DNA of 61,590 nt, filler included. It is 8 parts of 8 records of this genome, joined end to end, with 100 filler letters (N's around TTAATTAATTAA, not from the genome) between each part and the next. Parts side by side here need not be neighbours in the genome. Positions count along the whole stretch, not along the records: positions 34,991 to 41,028 come from SRR2962707_4418; positions 41,129 to 48,647 come from SRR2962707_4419; 6 more parts are not named here. One strand, 5' to 3'. A program made the position numbers and the translations under genes. Below the pieces are notes generated by a model, which ran no database searches, was not told the DNA's origin, and saw nothing but the letters and a program-made list of their open reading frames with translations. Positions within the stretch are counted from its first letter, which is position 1, and each line of letters begins with the position of its first letter. This document shows, one piece after another, positions 35,331 to 46,500 of the stretch.

Positions 35331-37512
35331 GATCCCGCTCTCGCTCCCGTGATCGCAGTCGGAGCCATCGTGATGACCGCGTTCGCCGCAGCAGCCACCG
35401 AGACGATCGTGACCACGATCGCAGCCGCAGCCGCCGCAGCCGCAGCCGAAGGCACCGAGATGACCGCGATCGTGGGCGTGATCGCGATCGGGACCGCCGC
35501 CGCCGCCGCCGCCGGAGCCCGAGCAGCAGCAGCAGCAGCTCCAGCAGCAGCGATGATGAAGGCAAAAACAAATCGGCTGCAAACACTAGCCCCACTGTGC
35601 CCGGTGCAGCCCTTTGGAAGCCTCCAGTGCCTCCAGGTGCACCGGGTGGTGGTGGCGCCACAACCACCAACCTTGCCGGTTTTGGAAATCCTGCGCTCAG
35701 CATGGCCAATATGACAAACATGGCCATGCTCTTGGGAGGCCAAGGCCTAGCACCCGGGCTAGGTATTCCCGGACTTGGGGGCGCTTTAATGTCCCCCATT
35801 CAAGATAAAAAGCAGCGTGAACTGTTCGTCACGATCGTACTTTTGTACATTGCATGCCGAGTCGTTGCGCGTCGCGAATGGATATTGTGGCAGACGTTGA
35901 CTGGGCGCGTGGTTGTGAAATTCTGATTGCCTCTTAGGTACGTTGGCAATCTACTGACCGGCCATGTGACGGATATCATGTTGGCGCAATGCTTTACAGA
36001 AATGTTCAAAGGCGTGCCGGTTCGTTAATTTTCGATTTTTATCTGTGATAGCGCTCTGTCCAAGAGTGCATCGAACTGATGGCACGTATGCGCATGATTT
36101 TTTTTAACAGGGCTTCGACGCATCCAAAGGCCCTGCAGTTCGAAACGTTCAGCTTAGCGGCAATAATTTTGGCTTTGTGGAATTTCGTGACGTGGAAACT
36201 ACCGCAACAGCAATGAAGTTCGCGGGAGCCCAACTCCTTGGACGACCAATGAAGATTGGACGTCCAAGCGGCTACATGCCACCCCCTATTCCAGTCCAAG
36301 GGCTGGAGGTTCCACAGGAGCTGCTGACCCGCCTTGGTTGCCACCAAACTTTTCAACTTATGCCACACAACGGTGGCGGAATGGACATGGGAATGGCAAT
36401 GGGAGTCGGGGGGTCTCGGATTGACCCGAAGAAACAACGCGAAGTATGGGTTGGCAACCTCTCCAAAGAGGAAGTGTCAAACGAGATGATCAAACAGTTG
36501 TTCGAGGCTATGCTGCTCGGTCAACCTAACACTCCACCGAACCCTGTGGTCAATGTCCAAGTGGGCTCAAATGGCATGTATGCTTTTGTGGAATTGGTAA
36601 GTTCTGTCAATTTGCTCTGGCAAATCGCATCTGCCACTCCGGTGCAAACTTTTGACGTGCCGCTGGGTAATTTCATTGTTTCGTCGCAGGCCACACCGGA
36701 GCTGGCAACCATTTGCATTCAAGTCTTCAACGGCATCGAGTTCAAGGGAAGGGCGATGAAAGTTGGCCGCCCGACCGGATACGTTGATCCTGCGCAGGCG
36801 CAGGGAGGCATGTATGGCCAGCCGCCGCCCCCACCTGCACCTATGACTTCGCTGGCTGCTCTGGGAGTCGCACCGAGTGCGGCAGCGCCACCGACGGTAT
36901 TCTTCCATGCTTTCATGACAATGCCCCTGTGCCGAGTCAGATGCTGTTGTGGCGCTACGCCGACCTGCTCATGTGTTTGGTGTATGAATTGTGGTTGAAT
37001 TAGGGCGATAGCTCAGGAGCCCCGCCGCTTCCCCCAGGGAACCCGACGACAACAATGATTTGCCTCGAAAATTTAGTGTCTATTGACGAACTGAAAGACG
37101 ACGAAGAATACGCTGTGAGTGATTGTGGCTGTGGTTGTTGATGCTGGTTGCTGCGTTTGTTGGTGTCGCCACGTACCAGCTGTCTCTTGCTCACTGCTTC
37201 CATGTCTTCATGTAGGCCATTGTAGACGACATCAATTCAGAATGCGCTAAGTCAGGGACAATTGTTCGGTGCGAAGTTCCTCGCCCTGGTGTCGAAGGTG
37301 TCGACGCTGCAATGGTGGGCAAAGCCTTCGTTGCGTTTGACTCGGAAGCGGCGGCCACCGCTGCAATTGCATCTCTCAACGGTCGCAAGTTTGGCCCAAA
37401 CACTGTTCGTGCTACATTCGTGACCGAAAGTGAATTTCCTGCAACGGGGGCACCTGCGCCCGCCTCTGAGCCCGCCGCCACTGCAGCTCCGGCTGCGCCG
37501 GGTGCACCATAG
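35331..37512 (+). CDS. U2AF large subunit (U2AF65)-like splicing factor, multi-exon; start not resolved
   Basis: RS/RD-rich region, then RRM, RRM and UHM (ICLENLV…DDEEY/AIVDDINSEC…GKAFVAF…LNGRKF). GT-AG introns at 35824-35937, 36020-36110, 36597-36689, 36897-37003 and 37115-37215 restore the frame. Confidence 0.85.
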
Positions 37513-37733
37513 AAGCCGTGACTTCGAGCAGATGGCTCGTGCGAACAAAATACAAACAAATCCGTCACACGTCCGGGCACGGCTGGACGTCAGTAGATCG
37601 AATTTGTTCTGGGTAAAATGAATATCACCACGTGTGGTTTTAAAACTTAGCCTGTTTCCACAATGGAGGTTTCAAAGAGGTCGGCCACAGCGAGTTCGTT
37701 ATTCCACGCGCGCTCGCAAAGCTGTGGCAAAGC

Positions 37734-40700
37734 CTAGGGATTTTGGCGATCCATGCTTTCAAATTTCTTCCGCAGCAACTCGAAGCGCGCTCGCAATTGC
37801 CCACCCGCTTGGGGTGGCGCTGCGGGCTTTGATGCTTGCTTTTGGGACACCGCCTTTTGTGGCGGCAGCTTTGTCCTCTTGTGATTCCCAGGGTTTGTAG
37901 TGGTCTTCGATGCCGCAGAAGGTCTAACATGGTCAACATCATCGGCGCTGTCGGACTCCTCGTCACCGCCTGTTATCACATCTTCTGGCAAATCAAACTG
38001 ACGCATGACATCTCGCAGCCTGGCAACGTCTGCAGCACTATATTCTTCGTGTTGGCTCTCTTTGTGATCGCTAGCGTTTTTGTTTTTCTGTTTTGCAGCT
38101 TGCTTTCGTGCGAGCTCTTTCTTTTTGTGCGCTCGCTTGCTGGGTGGCTGCTCGTCCTCTCCATCAGGTACTTCATCGACAGCGGCCTCAGCAGTTTCTG
38201 CTTCCAGCAATTTACGCTTCTTTTGCTTCGGATCTGCATCGCTGATAATGACGGGGTCATCCGTGGCCCCATCAGGTTTGTCGGGGTGCTCCACCCCGGC
38301 AATAATATTCGCTATGAGTTTTGTCTCACTCACGTGCTTCCGCCCAATCCATGCCGGGGACTCCTTGCCAGAGAAAGACCCAGTGGAAGGAATGCCGTCA
38401 TCACGTGCGGCATTCTTGGCTCGACGCTGCTGCTGCCAAGTCGCATCTCGAACATCGTGTGTCCCATCTTCATTGACTCCTTCGACACCAGCGTTGGCTT
38501 CTGTCACAGATAATTGCTTGGTGGATCCATTTTGACCGGAACGCTCGTAGTCGCTTTCAGCACTTTCGCTGTGCGTGACCTCTCGCAATGCTGCAAACCA
38601 CTTTGGAACCTGACACATCGCGCAAAATTCATCAGGGATCTTTGACATTAGCTACGGGCGTGTGAATTGTGACGAAAAAGCATTGAAGGTGGCAACACTG
38701 AGGAAAAAGAATCGATCTTGCAAACAAGCCTCCTGGCACGTATGCACCTTTTGGTTGGCGTCTCGTAGGGATTGCAAAAGAAGAGGCGCCATTTTCCCAT
38801 TTCCACTATGCGGCGCAAAACCAGGGGTGTAGAACGACGTTGCGATTCCCGAGGCACCCGCACGTCCTGTGCGCCCGATACGGTGAACATAGGTTGTGAA
38901 ATTCTTTGGCAGAGAGAAGTTTACGACGTGCTCCACCGCTGGCACGTCCAAGCCGCGTGCTGCAACATCGGTTGCCACGAGAATGCGCGCTTGAGTTTTG
39001 GTAGTTTCCCCTTGCTTCCGTGACGCAGAAAATTTCGCCAACGCTCGCTGCCTTTGTGCCTGGTTTCGGTCAGCATGGATGAGCTGTGCAGAAGCGTCGC
39101 CAAACCCGCCTTCTGAAAGAGGCATGGCCAGAACATTGTGCACTTGCACAGCCTCTGCCTTTGTGCGTGTAAACACGAGAGTGCGACCCTTGACTCGGCG
39201 CAGTGCGTCAAAAAGCAGCTTGAACTTCGCTTGTGGGGGCATGTCCGCTGGAGTGCAAAACAATCGTTGCTTGATCGACTTGGCAGCAGCACCGACTTTA
39301 CCAACCGCAATCCACACGTAATCACGCAAAAACGCTGACGCTAATTGTTGCACACGATTTGGAAACGTAGCACTGAACATTGCGTTCCGGCGCTGCGCCT
39401 TTGGTGGTAGGTCGGACGAAGCGATGATGTGGCGTATCTGACCCTCAAAACCAAGGTCAAGCATTCGGTCTGCTTCATCCAGCACCATACTTTTGACGCG
39501 ACTGAGTGAAATGATGCCGCGGCTCAGAAAATCTGCAAGGCGCCCTGGCGTTGCCACCAGCACCTCACACCCGAATGCAAGCTTGTGAAGTTGGCCACCT
39601 AGCTTGCCTCCGCCATAAAGGCACAGGGTACGCAGCGTAGTGCGGTGACAAAGTTTTTGGCATTCGATAGCAATTTGCTGGGCAAGCTCTCGGGTTGGCG
39701 CAAGGACGAGAACCACGGGGGCAGGAGGTCGCTTGGCCCGAGCGTGATAAACTGCAAGTGGAAGTTGCGAGTGTTGGGATTCCGCGCGGAAGCTGCTTTC
39801 GTGTTCACAGTGCGATTGGAGGTTCTGTTCATTGCCAGTGCTGTCGCTGTTGCCAGGCTTGGCGTTGCCTTTGCTGGCGATCACTTCTGCACTTTCATTT
39901 CGACGACTTGCGCAATCGCCAAGCGAAGCTTCCATTTTCTTCTGCCATGCAGCAACCGTACCTGCGCTCAACACTCCCGCACCGCCTATGTTGTCGTCAA
40001 GCCCTGCACCCGAAACGGCCGAGCTGGACAGCTGTGGGTCCCATATGCTGCTACCGCCAGTCAGCGCTGCAACACTTCCGCCGCTAAAAGCATCCGTGTT
40101 GCCTGCAGCTTGCGCTCCATTCTGCAGATAATTGCCGTCCTTCACCATCGTGTATTGCTTTTTGCCCCCCTTCTTTTTTCGCTTTTGCTTTTGTGCCTTT
40201 TCGCGTCGCTTGTTGTCTTCTTCTTGCACACGAATGATCATGGCAATGGCTGGAAGCAAGAAAGCGCACGTTTTGCCAGAGCCAGTTTCGGCACAGCACA
40301 TAACATCGTGGCCTTCGAAAGCAAATGGAACAGCATGTTTCTGCACGGGCGTTGGTTGCTGGTAGCCCATGCGTTGCAAATTACTCCACACTTGAGCCGG
40401 GCACCTACTCCGAATCTCATTGAAGGCCTCGATAGGCGATACTTTCTGAGCGTTGAGCCCCGAGCGCTTTACAGACACCTTGTCGTAGCGAGAATAGTCG
40501 ATGGGCGGATTGGTGTTCACTGCCGTAGAGCCATCCAAATCTCCTCCGTTCCTCTGGCTCTGCTTCCCAGCAACATTAATGGCTTCTGCTGCTTCTGCTG
40601 CAGCCTGAATATCTTCCTTGGCAAATCCTGCGTATTCCACAAGTGGCGACTTTTTCTTCGACAGGATCACCATCGCCCGGCGCCGCTGCTTCCAAAACGA

Positions 40701-40880
40701 GTGATTCTGTTCGTTTAGCTTGGCAGCTGGAACCGCTGGGCGTTCACGCTTGCCGTGGGATGCAAATCCTCGACCTCTACCCCGGCCTCTGCCCCTTCCA
40801 GAGCTGTTGCCCCGCCCTCGCTCACGGCCACGGCCATGCGTACGTTCTGAGTGGTGAGGGGTAGCGCTGTCGTCTGACAT
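37734..40880 (-). CDS. DEAD-box RNA helicase, DDX3/DED1-like, two exons
   Basis: Q motif GYQQPTPVQ, AETGSGKT, PTRELA, TPGRL, DEADRMLDLGF, SAT, ARGLD and HRIGRTGRAG. Intron 38747-38610 joins ANQK to VPKWF (DDX3-type ANQxVPxW), so ORF 37734-38648 is the last exon. Confidence 0.9.
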
Positions 40881-40999
40881 TGCAAAAACGAAGTCAATCG
40901 CTGTGTTCCAACCAAATGAACCTACCCGCACACACACGCACGCTCGCTCACGCACACTCGCTGTGTCCCAACCCACTCGCAACGTGAATGGCGAGTGAG

Positions 41000-41152
41000 C
41001 ACACACACACGCACGCACGCACACGCACNNNNNNNNNNNNNNNNNNNNNNNNNNNNNNNNNNNNNNNNNNNNTTAATTAATTAANNNNNNNNNNNNNNNN
41101 NNNNNNNNNNNNNNNNNNNNNNNNNNNNACACACACACACACACACACACAC
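41000..41152. repeat. (CA)n/(CACG)n microsatellites on both sides of a contig spacer
   Basis: Directly visible at 41000-41028 and 41129-41152. Confidence 0.9.
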
Positions 41153-41430
41153 GAATCACGTACAACGCAAAACGTCACACGCACACACAGCACTCGGGCA
41201 CACAATAGTTGTACACAATGCGCAAGCACTGGAAGGACTCAACGAGCTCAAAGTGCCTTGACGCATTTGTTTTATTTTATTTTGTTTTGTTTTGTTCTGA
41301 AGCTGCGAAGACATTCAAGATGCTTCTCGCATTGAGCTTGTGCCTTTTGCTTGGCTCGTGAAAGCCGTCCGATGCGAAGGGGAAATAAGCTGATTGACTC
41401 TGGCAAGCAGGAAGAAGAGCACAAGCAGCT

Positions 41431-43401
41431 ATGAGCGTGCAGAGCAACCGGTCCGAGCACCTCACTTGGATCGAGCAGCACGAAGATGAACTTCAAAGTC
41501 GAGCACACTTGCTCTCAGAAGCCTCTGAAGAGTACTCCAGAATGTGCAACTTCCCCTTCCGCTTCGCGCGACCCTTCGCTGGGCACTCTCAAGATGACAT
41601 CACTGCTGCTGAACTCCATCTCGGAGTTGAGCCTGCAAGACAGCTGTTTGCGGTCAGAGCACAGCACAAACTCTTGCAGGCAACTGGCTGCTGCCTGGAT
41701 GAGCTGCTGGGCAATGATCAGACAGATTCGGCTAACTTGCAGCACCCTGGTCGCGCAGCAGCAGCAGCTCAGCGGTCACAGCAGCCGTGGAAAAGCTGCG
41801 ATTTGGCAAGCTTGAGTCCTGGTGTATCTGCGAGTGCAGCAGAACAGGTGCCCTGGTGGGACAACGTTGAGTTTCATCCCGCTCCGCAGTTGCGCGTGTT
41901 TCGCGCAAATATTCAAAGTGATCCGTGGATGTCAGATGATGCCGAGTCTGACAATGATGAGTCCAGAGCGGAATCGATACCGCTGGAGCATTCACCTCCC
42001 AGCAGACATTGCGCCCACTTGCATCATGTGTCGCAGTTCAACGAGCAGACTCGAGAGCCAATTATAAATTGCAGCTCGGAACACCAAGTTCACGGCCATT
42101 TAAAGCCGAAGGATGAACGTCCTTGTCGCAGTCCTCGTTGCGACAAGTCTTTCATTCTTTCACTGTCACAGAGCGCTGGTGGTCGTGGAGGCGTGTTTGC
42201 AACAACTCCAAACAGCGCCTTGAAGGCGATTTCGGATGATTTGCTGTGCATACTTGAGAGCCATGCTCCCAATCAACAGCATTCCCATCGAAAGCGGGTC
42301 TTGGTCATCACACGCCAAGACTCCGAATGCCAGCAGCTAGTGCAACTGAATTGTGGTCAGACAGAAAACGGCGCTATTGTGTGGATGACGAACAAAGATT
42401 TTGAGGGGGTCGCTGCTTCAGCAGCACCCCTTCCCGCGAAAAAGAGGCATTCAGTGACCGCTAACAAGCTTCAAGGTGGCAGCACCGTCGTTGTCGTATC
42501 ATTGACTCATGTCATGAATCCACAAAATTTCGCAACACGAGACGTGCTATCAAGAATGCTGAAATGTCAGCCCACACTTCCGACACTACAGTGCGTTGTA
42601 GCACAGGCAAAGGTGTGGCTTCGTGTGCGGAAAAAACTTCTTACGAATCACCATGAGTCTTTGAACGTTCCGTTGGTTTCCGTCGTGGAAGTGCCTCTCC
42701 CAGCAAACCTGCGGCGCCCAAACTCCACAGAAAGTAAAAGTATGGTTGAAACTCACCATCCAGACGAGTCAACGACCGCTCGCCATCGAGGCAGCAGTCG
42801 CGACTGCAGTAATTGCCGTGAGTTGGACCCCGGAGAAGCATCATCCCAAATTTCGACGAAATCGGACTGTGCTCAATTCAACGTCGAGACTCATCTTCAA
42901 TACGTCCGCCAAAATGCACAATCTTCCTCCAATTCTATCCGCCACCAACTCGACACAAGGTTTAAATTGCGGTCGGAATCCGGATTAACACCGTCAATTG
43001 CAAAAGTCAAGTCTGAATGTGATGCCGTCAACCAACTTGCAGCAGACGCTCAAAAGATGCTGGCCCTCAAAGCGTTGTGTTGTTCTCAGACACCCAAAAA
43101 CGAAAACACGCGTCCCGTCCCCAACCTGACGTCAACAACAGTCAATACACGTATTCGGCAGGTGAAGCAAAAGCGAGTTCGATGGACACCCGATGAAGAC
43201 CAGGCGCTGGTTAAAGGCCTCAAGCACCATCCCCCCAAACCCTGCGCCAATGGTCGCACCCGGTTCCAATGGGCTGCTATCAAGAAGGACCCTCGTTTTG
43301 CACATGAATTGAGGCACCGCACGAATGTGGAGATGAAAGACCGTTGGAGAAACATGCAAATCGGGCAACTTAGCAAATTGAGGGTGACAGGATCCAACTG
43401 A
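41431..43401 (+). CDS. Protein with a C-terminal single Myb domain of telobox (TRF/TRFL) type
   Basis: RVRWTPDEDQALVKGL…QWAAIKKD…RTNVEMKDRWRNM matches the telobox signature (RTxVDLKDKWRN). Confidence 0.75.
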   Translation: MSVQSNRSEHLTWIEQHEDELQSRAHLLSEASEEYSRMCNFPFRFARPFAGHSQDDITAAELHLGVEPARQLFAVRAQHKLLQATGCCLDELLGNDQTDSANLQHPGRAAAAAQRSQQPWKSCDLASLSPGVSASAAEQVPWWDNVEFHPAPQLRVFRANIQSDPWMSDDAESDNDESRAESIPLEHSPPSRHCAHLHHVSQFNEQTREPIINCSSEHQVHGHLKPKDERPCRSPRCDKSFILSLSQSAGGRGGVFATTPNSALKAISDDLLCILESHAPNQQHSHRKRVLVITRQDSECQQLVQLNCGQTENGAIVWMTNKDFEGVAASAAPLPAKKRHSVTANKLQGGSTVVVVSLTHVMNPQNFATRDVLSRMLKCQPTLPTLQCVVAQAKVWLRVRKKLLTNHHESLNVPLVSVVEVPLPANLRRPNSTESKSMVETHHPDESTTARHRGSSRDCSNCRELDPGEASSQISTKSDCAQFNVETHLQYVRQNAQSSSNSIRHQLDTRFKLRSESGLTPSIAKVKSECDAVNQLAADAQKMLALKALCCSQTPKNENTRPVPNLTSTTVNTRIRQVKQKRVRWTPDEDQALVKGLKHHPPKPCANGRTRFQWAAIKKDPRFAHELRHRTNVEMKDRWRNMQIGQLSKLRVTGSN

Positions 43402-43556
43402 GAGGCAGAGCACAAAACTCTTGTCGTCATTGAACTCCGCAAAGCAGCTTAGGTGCAGCCGACAGGGGACATGAAACAACGAAGTCAATTTTACATAAAA
43501 CCAAAACTAACCCTCGCACAATAATGACGTCTGGATTGAAGAGTACACGTGCGACC

Positions 43557-46500
43557 TCACTTTATTGCCGCAACAACGGCGGCCGAATCGAGCGCAAAAT
43601 CGGGCGTGGCCAATGACGCCATTCCAATCGAAATCCGCACTCTGCCTGAATTATCCTTGCACTCGCCTTCATCCACTGCACCAACTGTGTTTTTGTCTGG
43701 CAACCCCCATATCTTCGACGGATCTTCGGCACTCCACGCCTCGGCCCCATCCGCGGCTTCCCACGACTGCTCCTCATCCCCACCCACAGACTCATCGCTC
43801 TTTCCTGCGTTCCCAGGCACAGCTGCATCGTGAGGGGCGCTGCTGCCTTGTAGAAGCTGTTCGTAAGCCTCGTGCAAAGGACGGTGCACATTAATCGGTA
43901 ACATAGACATCAACCGGAGGAGTCGATCATGAAGCTCGGACAGCCGTTGGCGCAAATCCATGCGCGCTGGCGCGTCGAAAGTGTCAGTACCCACGCGATC
44001 AATGTCACTGTCTGAGGCGTTGGCAACAATGCCCAGTTGACACATTGCATCATCGTCGGTATCACTGAAGGATTCGTCCCTCGCTTTCTCAATCGTTATC
44101 AGAACGTCTGAGAATGGCACTGAGTCACTGGTGCCGTCAGGTGGGTCTTCGACAGCATCATACCGTTGCACGAATGGCAACCGCTCCGCCCGCTCAAATG
44201 CAGCTAAAAGTGCACTGATTTGCTGCATCAACAGCGGCAGCGTCGATGCTTTGTTGCTGGCGCCACCCGCGTCGTCTGGGACGCCCAAGGGCTTTCGTGT
44301 CACTTGAGCTTCAGACGCACCCGATTCGGTTCTTGCGCGTGGCTCAAGTTGGTCTTGCAATTGCATCGCTGCCGCCATTTCGTCAGCTCGGCTGCGTTCC
44401 ATTGCAGCCTGCAGCTCTGCATGTTCGTGACGCAACGCGGATACAGCTTCGGCAAGATTCTCTTCAACCTCTTTGGCCTTCTCAGCATGCTGGGTTGCTT
44501 GGTTTGCTGCTTCGGCAGCAATTTCTGTATCGTGTTCAAATGACGCAACCAGGGATCTGGAAACTGACAGTGCTTCAGCGTGCCATAAACGCTCAGACGC
44601 ATTATTTGCCTCCAATTCTGCCTGCTCTGCTTGCAAGGCTGAGATGCTTGCTTTGAGACCATCAACTACTCCTCGGGCTACTTGATCCTGTTTTGCCACT
44701 CTGTCTGCCTCGGTCTGAGCTTCGTCGATTCGATTCACAAGAATTTCCAGCTGATCGCGAGATTTACACTCACGCTGACGCAATTGCGCTGCATCGTGCG
44801 CAAATGTGTCTCGTTCCTGCTCACTCTCGATCACTTCCTTGTGCAACATCTCCAATTGAGCATTCATTTCTTCAACTCTGGCTCTGTGGGCAACTTCTTC
44901 AGCTCGTGCGGCATCCTGACACGTTTCGGTACGCTGTTGCTGTGAAAGTGCCGCGAATAACTCCCTCGCCTTTGACATTAACGTGGCCACAGCACGCGTA
45001 GAGTAGTCTGTGGCAGCCTCAAAAACCTCCGAAGGTACGCCACCAGTACCATGGTGTGTCGTATCAATGTCACTGACAACGACATTCTGCTCCTCTCTGT
45101 CTTTCACAAAATACAAGTCTCCTATGTTCGTTTCTCCATTGATGAAGCCCAGAATAAGGTCAGCGTTCGCGCGCAACCCAGATTCGTGAGCATTATCGTC
45201 TATTTTCTCCGAAACCATGGCATCGAACTCGACAGCGGCACAGTCGATGGCCTTGAGAGTCAACGCAGACGCCTGCAGGAGACCCCGCAAATCAACTACA
45301 GCCAGTGAAACTGCTTGTTTTGCTGCCTTGGCGTTGTTTTCTGCTGTGGCGACAAGCTCAACCTGTCCGCGAAGCTTTTCGTGAAGTGCGTCCATCTCCT
45401 TGGCATCCGTTTTTGCTTGATTGGTCGTGGCATCAAGCTCTTCACGGAGCACCTGCAGTATTCCGGTATCCTTCAACGAGCACTCTTTCACCTCCTGCAG
45501 CTCTTCACGGAGCGCGACAGCTGCCGCTTCACTCGCACTTGCCGACTCGCGCAACTCCGAAAGTTCATCGCGACTCGCCTGTGCATCCTTGAGAGCTGCC
45601 TCAATCTGCGACGTTGCCTCTTCATGCCGCAATTGGGCTGCAGCCTCCACTTCATGGAACTGTGCTCGAACAGCGCTCAGTTCAGCGGCGCGAGCGTTGT
45701 CAACGTCGTTCAACTGCCGCACCACGTCATCATGTTCTGAGCAGAGCAAAGCATTCTTCTGCTGCAAACTCTGGATTTCTGCCCGCAAACTCAAAACGAA
45801 TGCTTCGTCATACTCTGGTACCAATGAGGCACTTGCGGAAGTATTGTTGTCATCGGTTCCTGGCTCGTTTATGAAAGCAGGTTCGACTACGTTAAAATCA
45901 CTTGCTTCTTTGATCTGAGCTGCAGCGGCCAGCTCGTCACGCAAGCTTTGAATTTCAACGTTCTGGGCTTCAAGGAGGGTCTGTTGGCGCTCCAGGCTCT
46001 CTTGAGCAGTGCTCAACTTTTCCTCCAGTCCGCTTGCTCGTTCTGTGTGGGAGGGAGATGAACCAGTCCCACTAAATGTCGGAGCTTCACCCATGCTCTC
46101 GGCTGCTGTTCGGTGTGACTCTGCTGCAGCTAGCTCGCGGCGGGCGACGCTGGCTTCTTGGATCGCGGTCTCGAGACGGGACTCGAGATCGGCAACCGTG
46201 GCCGCTGCTTCCGAATCAAGCTGGGCTTTTAGCGCCTTGAGTGCTGCTTCTTGTGCCAATGCACCCTCCTTCAAAACGGTTGCGCGGACCTTCAAAGCAG
46301 TTTCATGAATTTGTTGCCTAAAGCCCGCGGCCTGAGCTTCAAGCTCAGTTTCCAAGGCCTTCATCGAAGCTTCAGTCTCTTCAATTGACATCGATGATTG
46401 CGACAGCGCAGCAACTGGTCGCCATGACTCCTCCTCCATCGCCGCAATGGCCGCCTTATGAGAGGTCTCTAATTGCCGACGCACCTCGGCTACTTGCTCA

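Noticed and set aside
35331-35560. Novel tandem repeat or poly-Ala protein
   Set aside because: This is the RS/RD domain and Ser run of the U2AF-like gene read in other frames.
37734-38648. Separate 304-aa hypothetical gene
   Set aside because: Better explained as the last exon of the DEAD-box helicase via intron 38747-38610.
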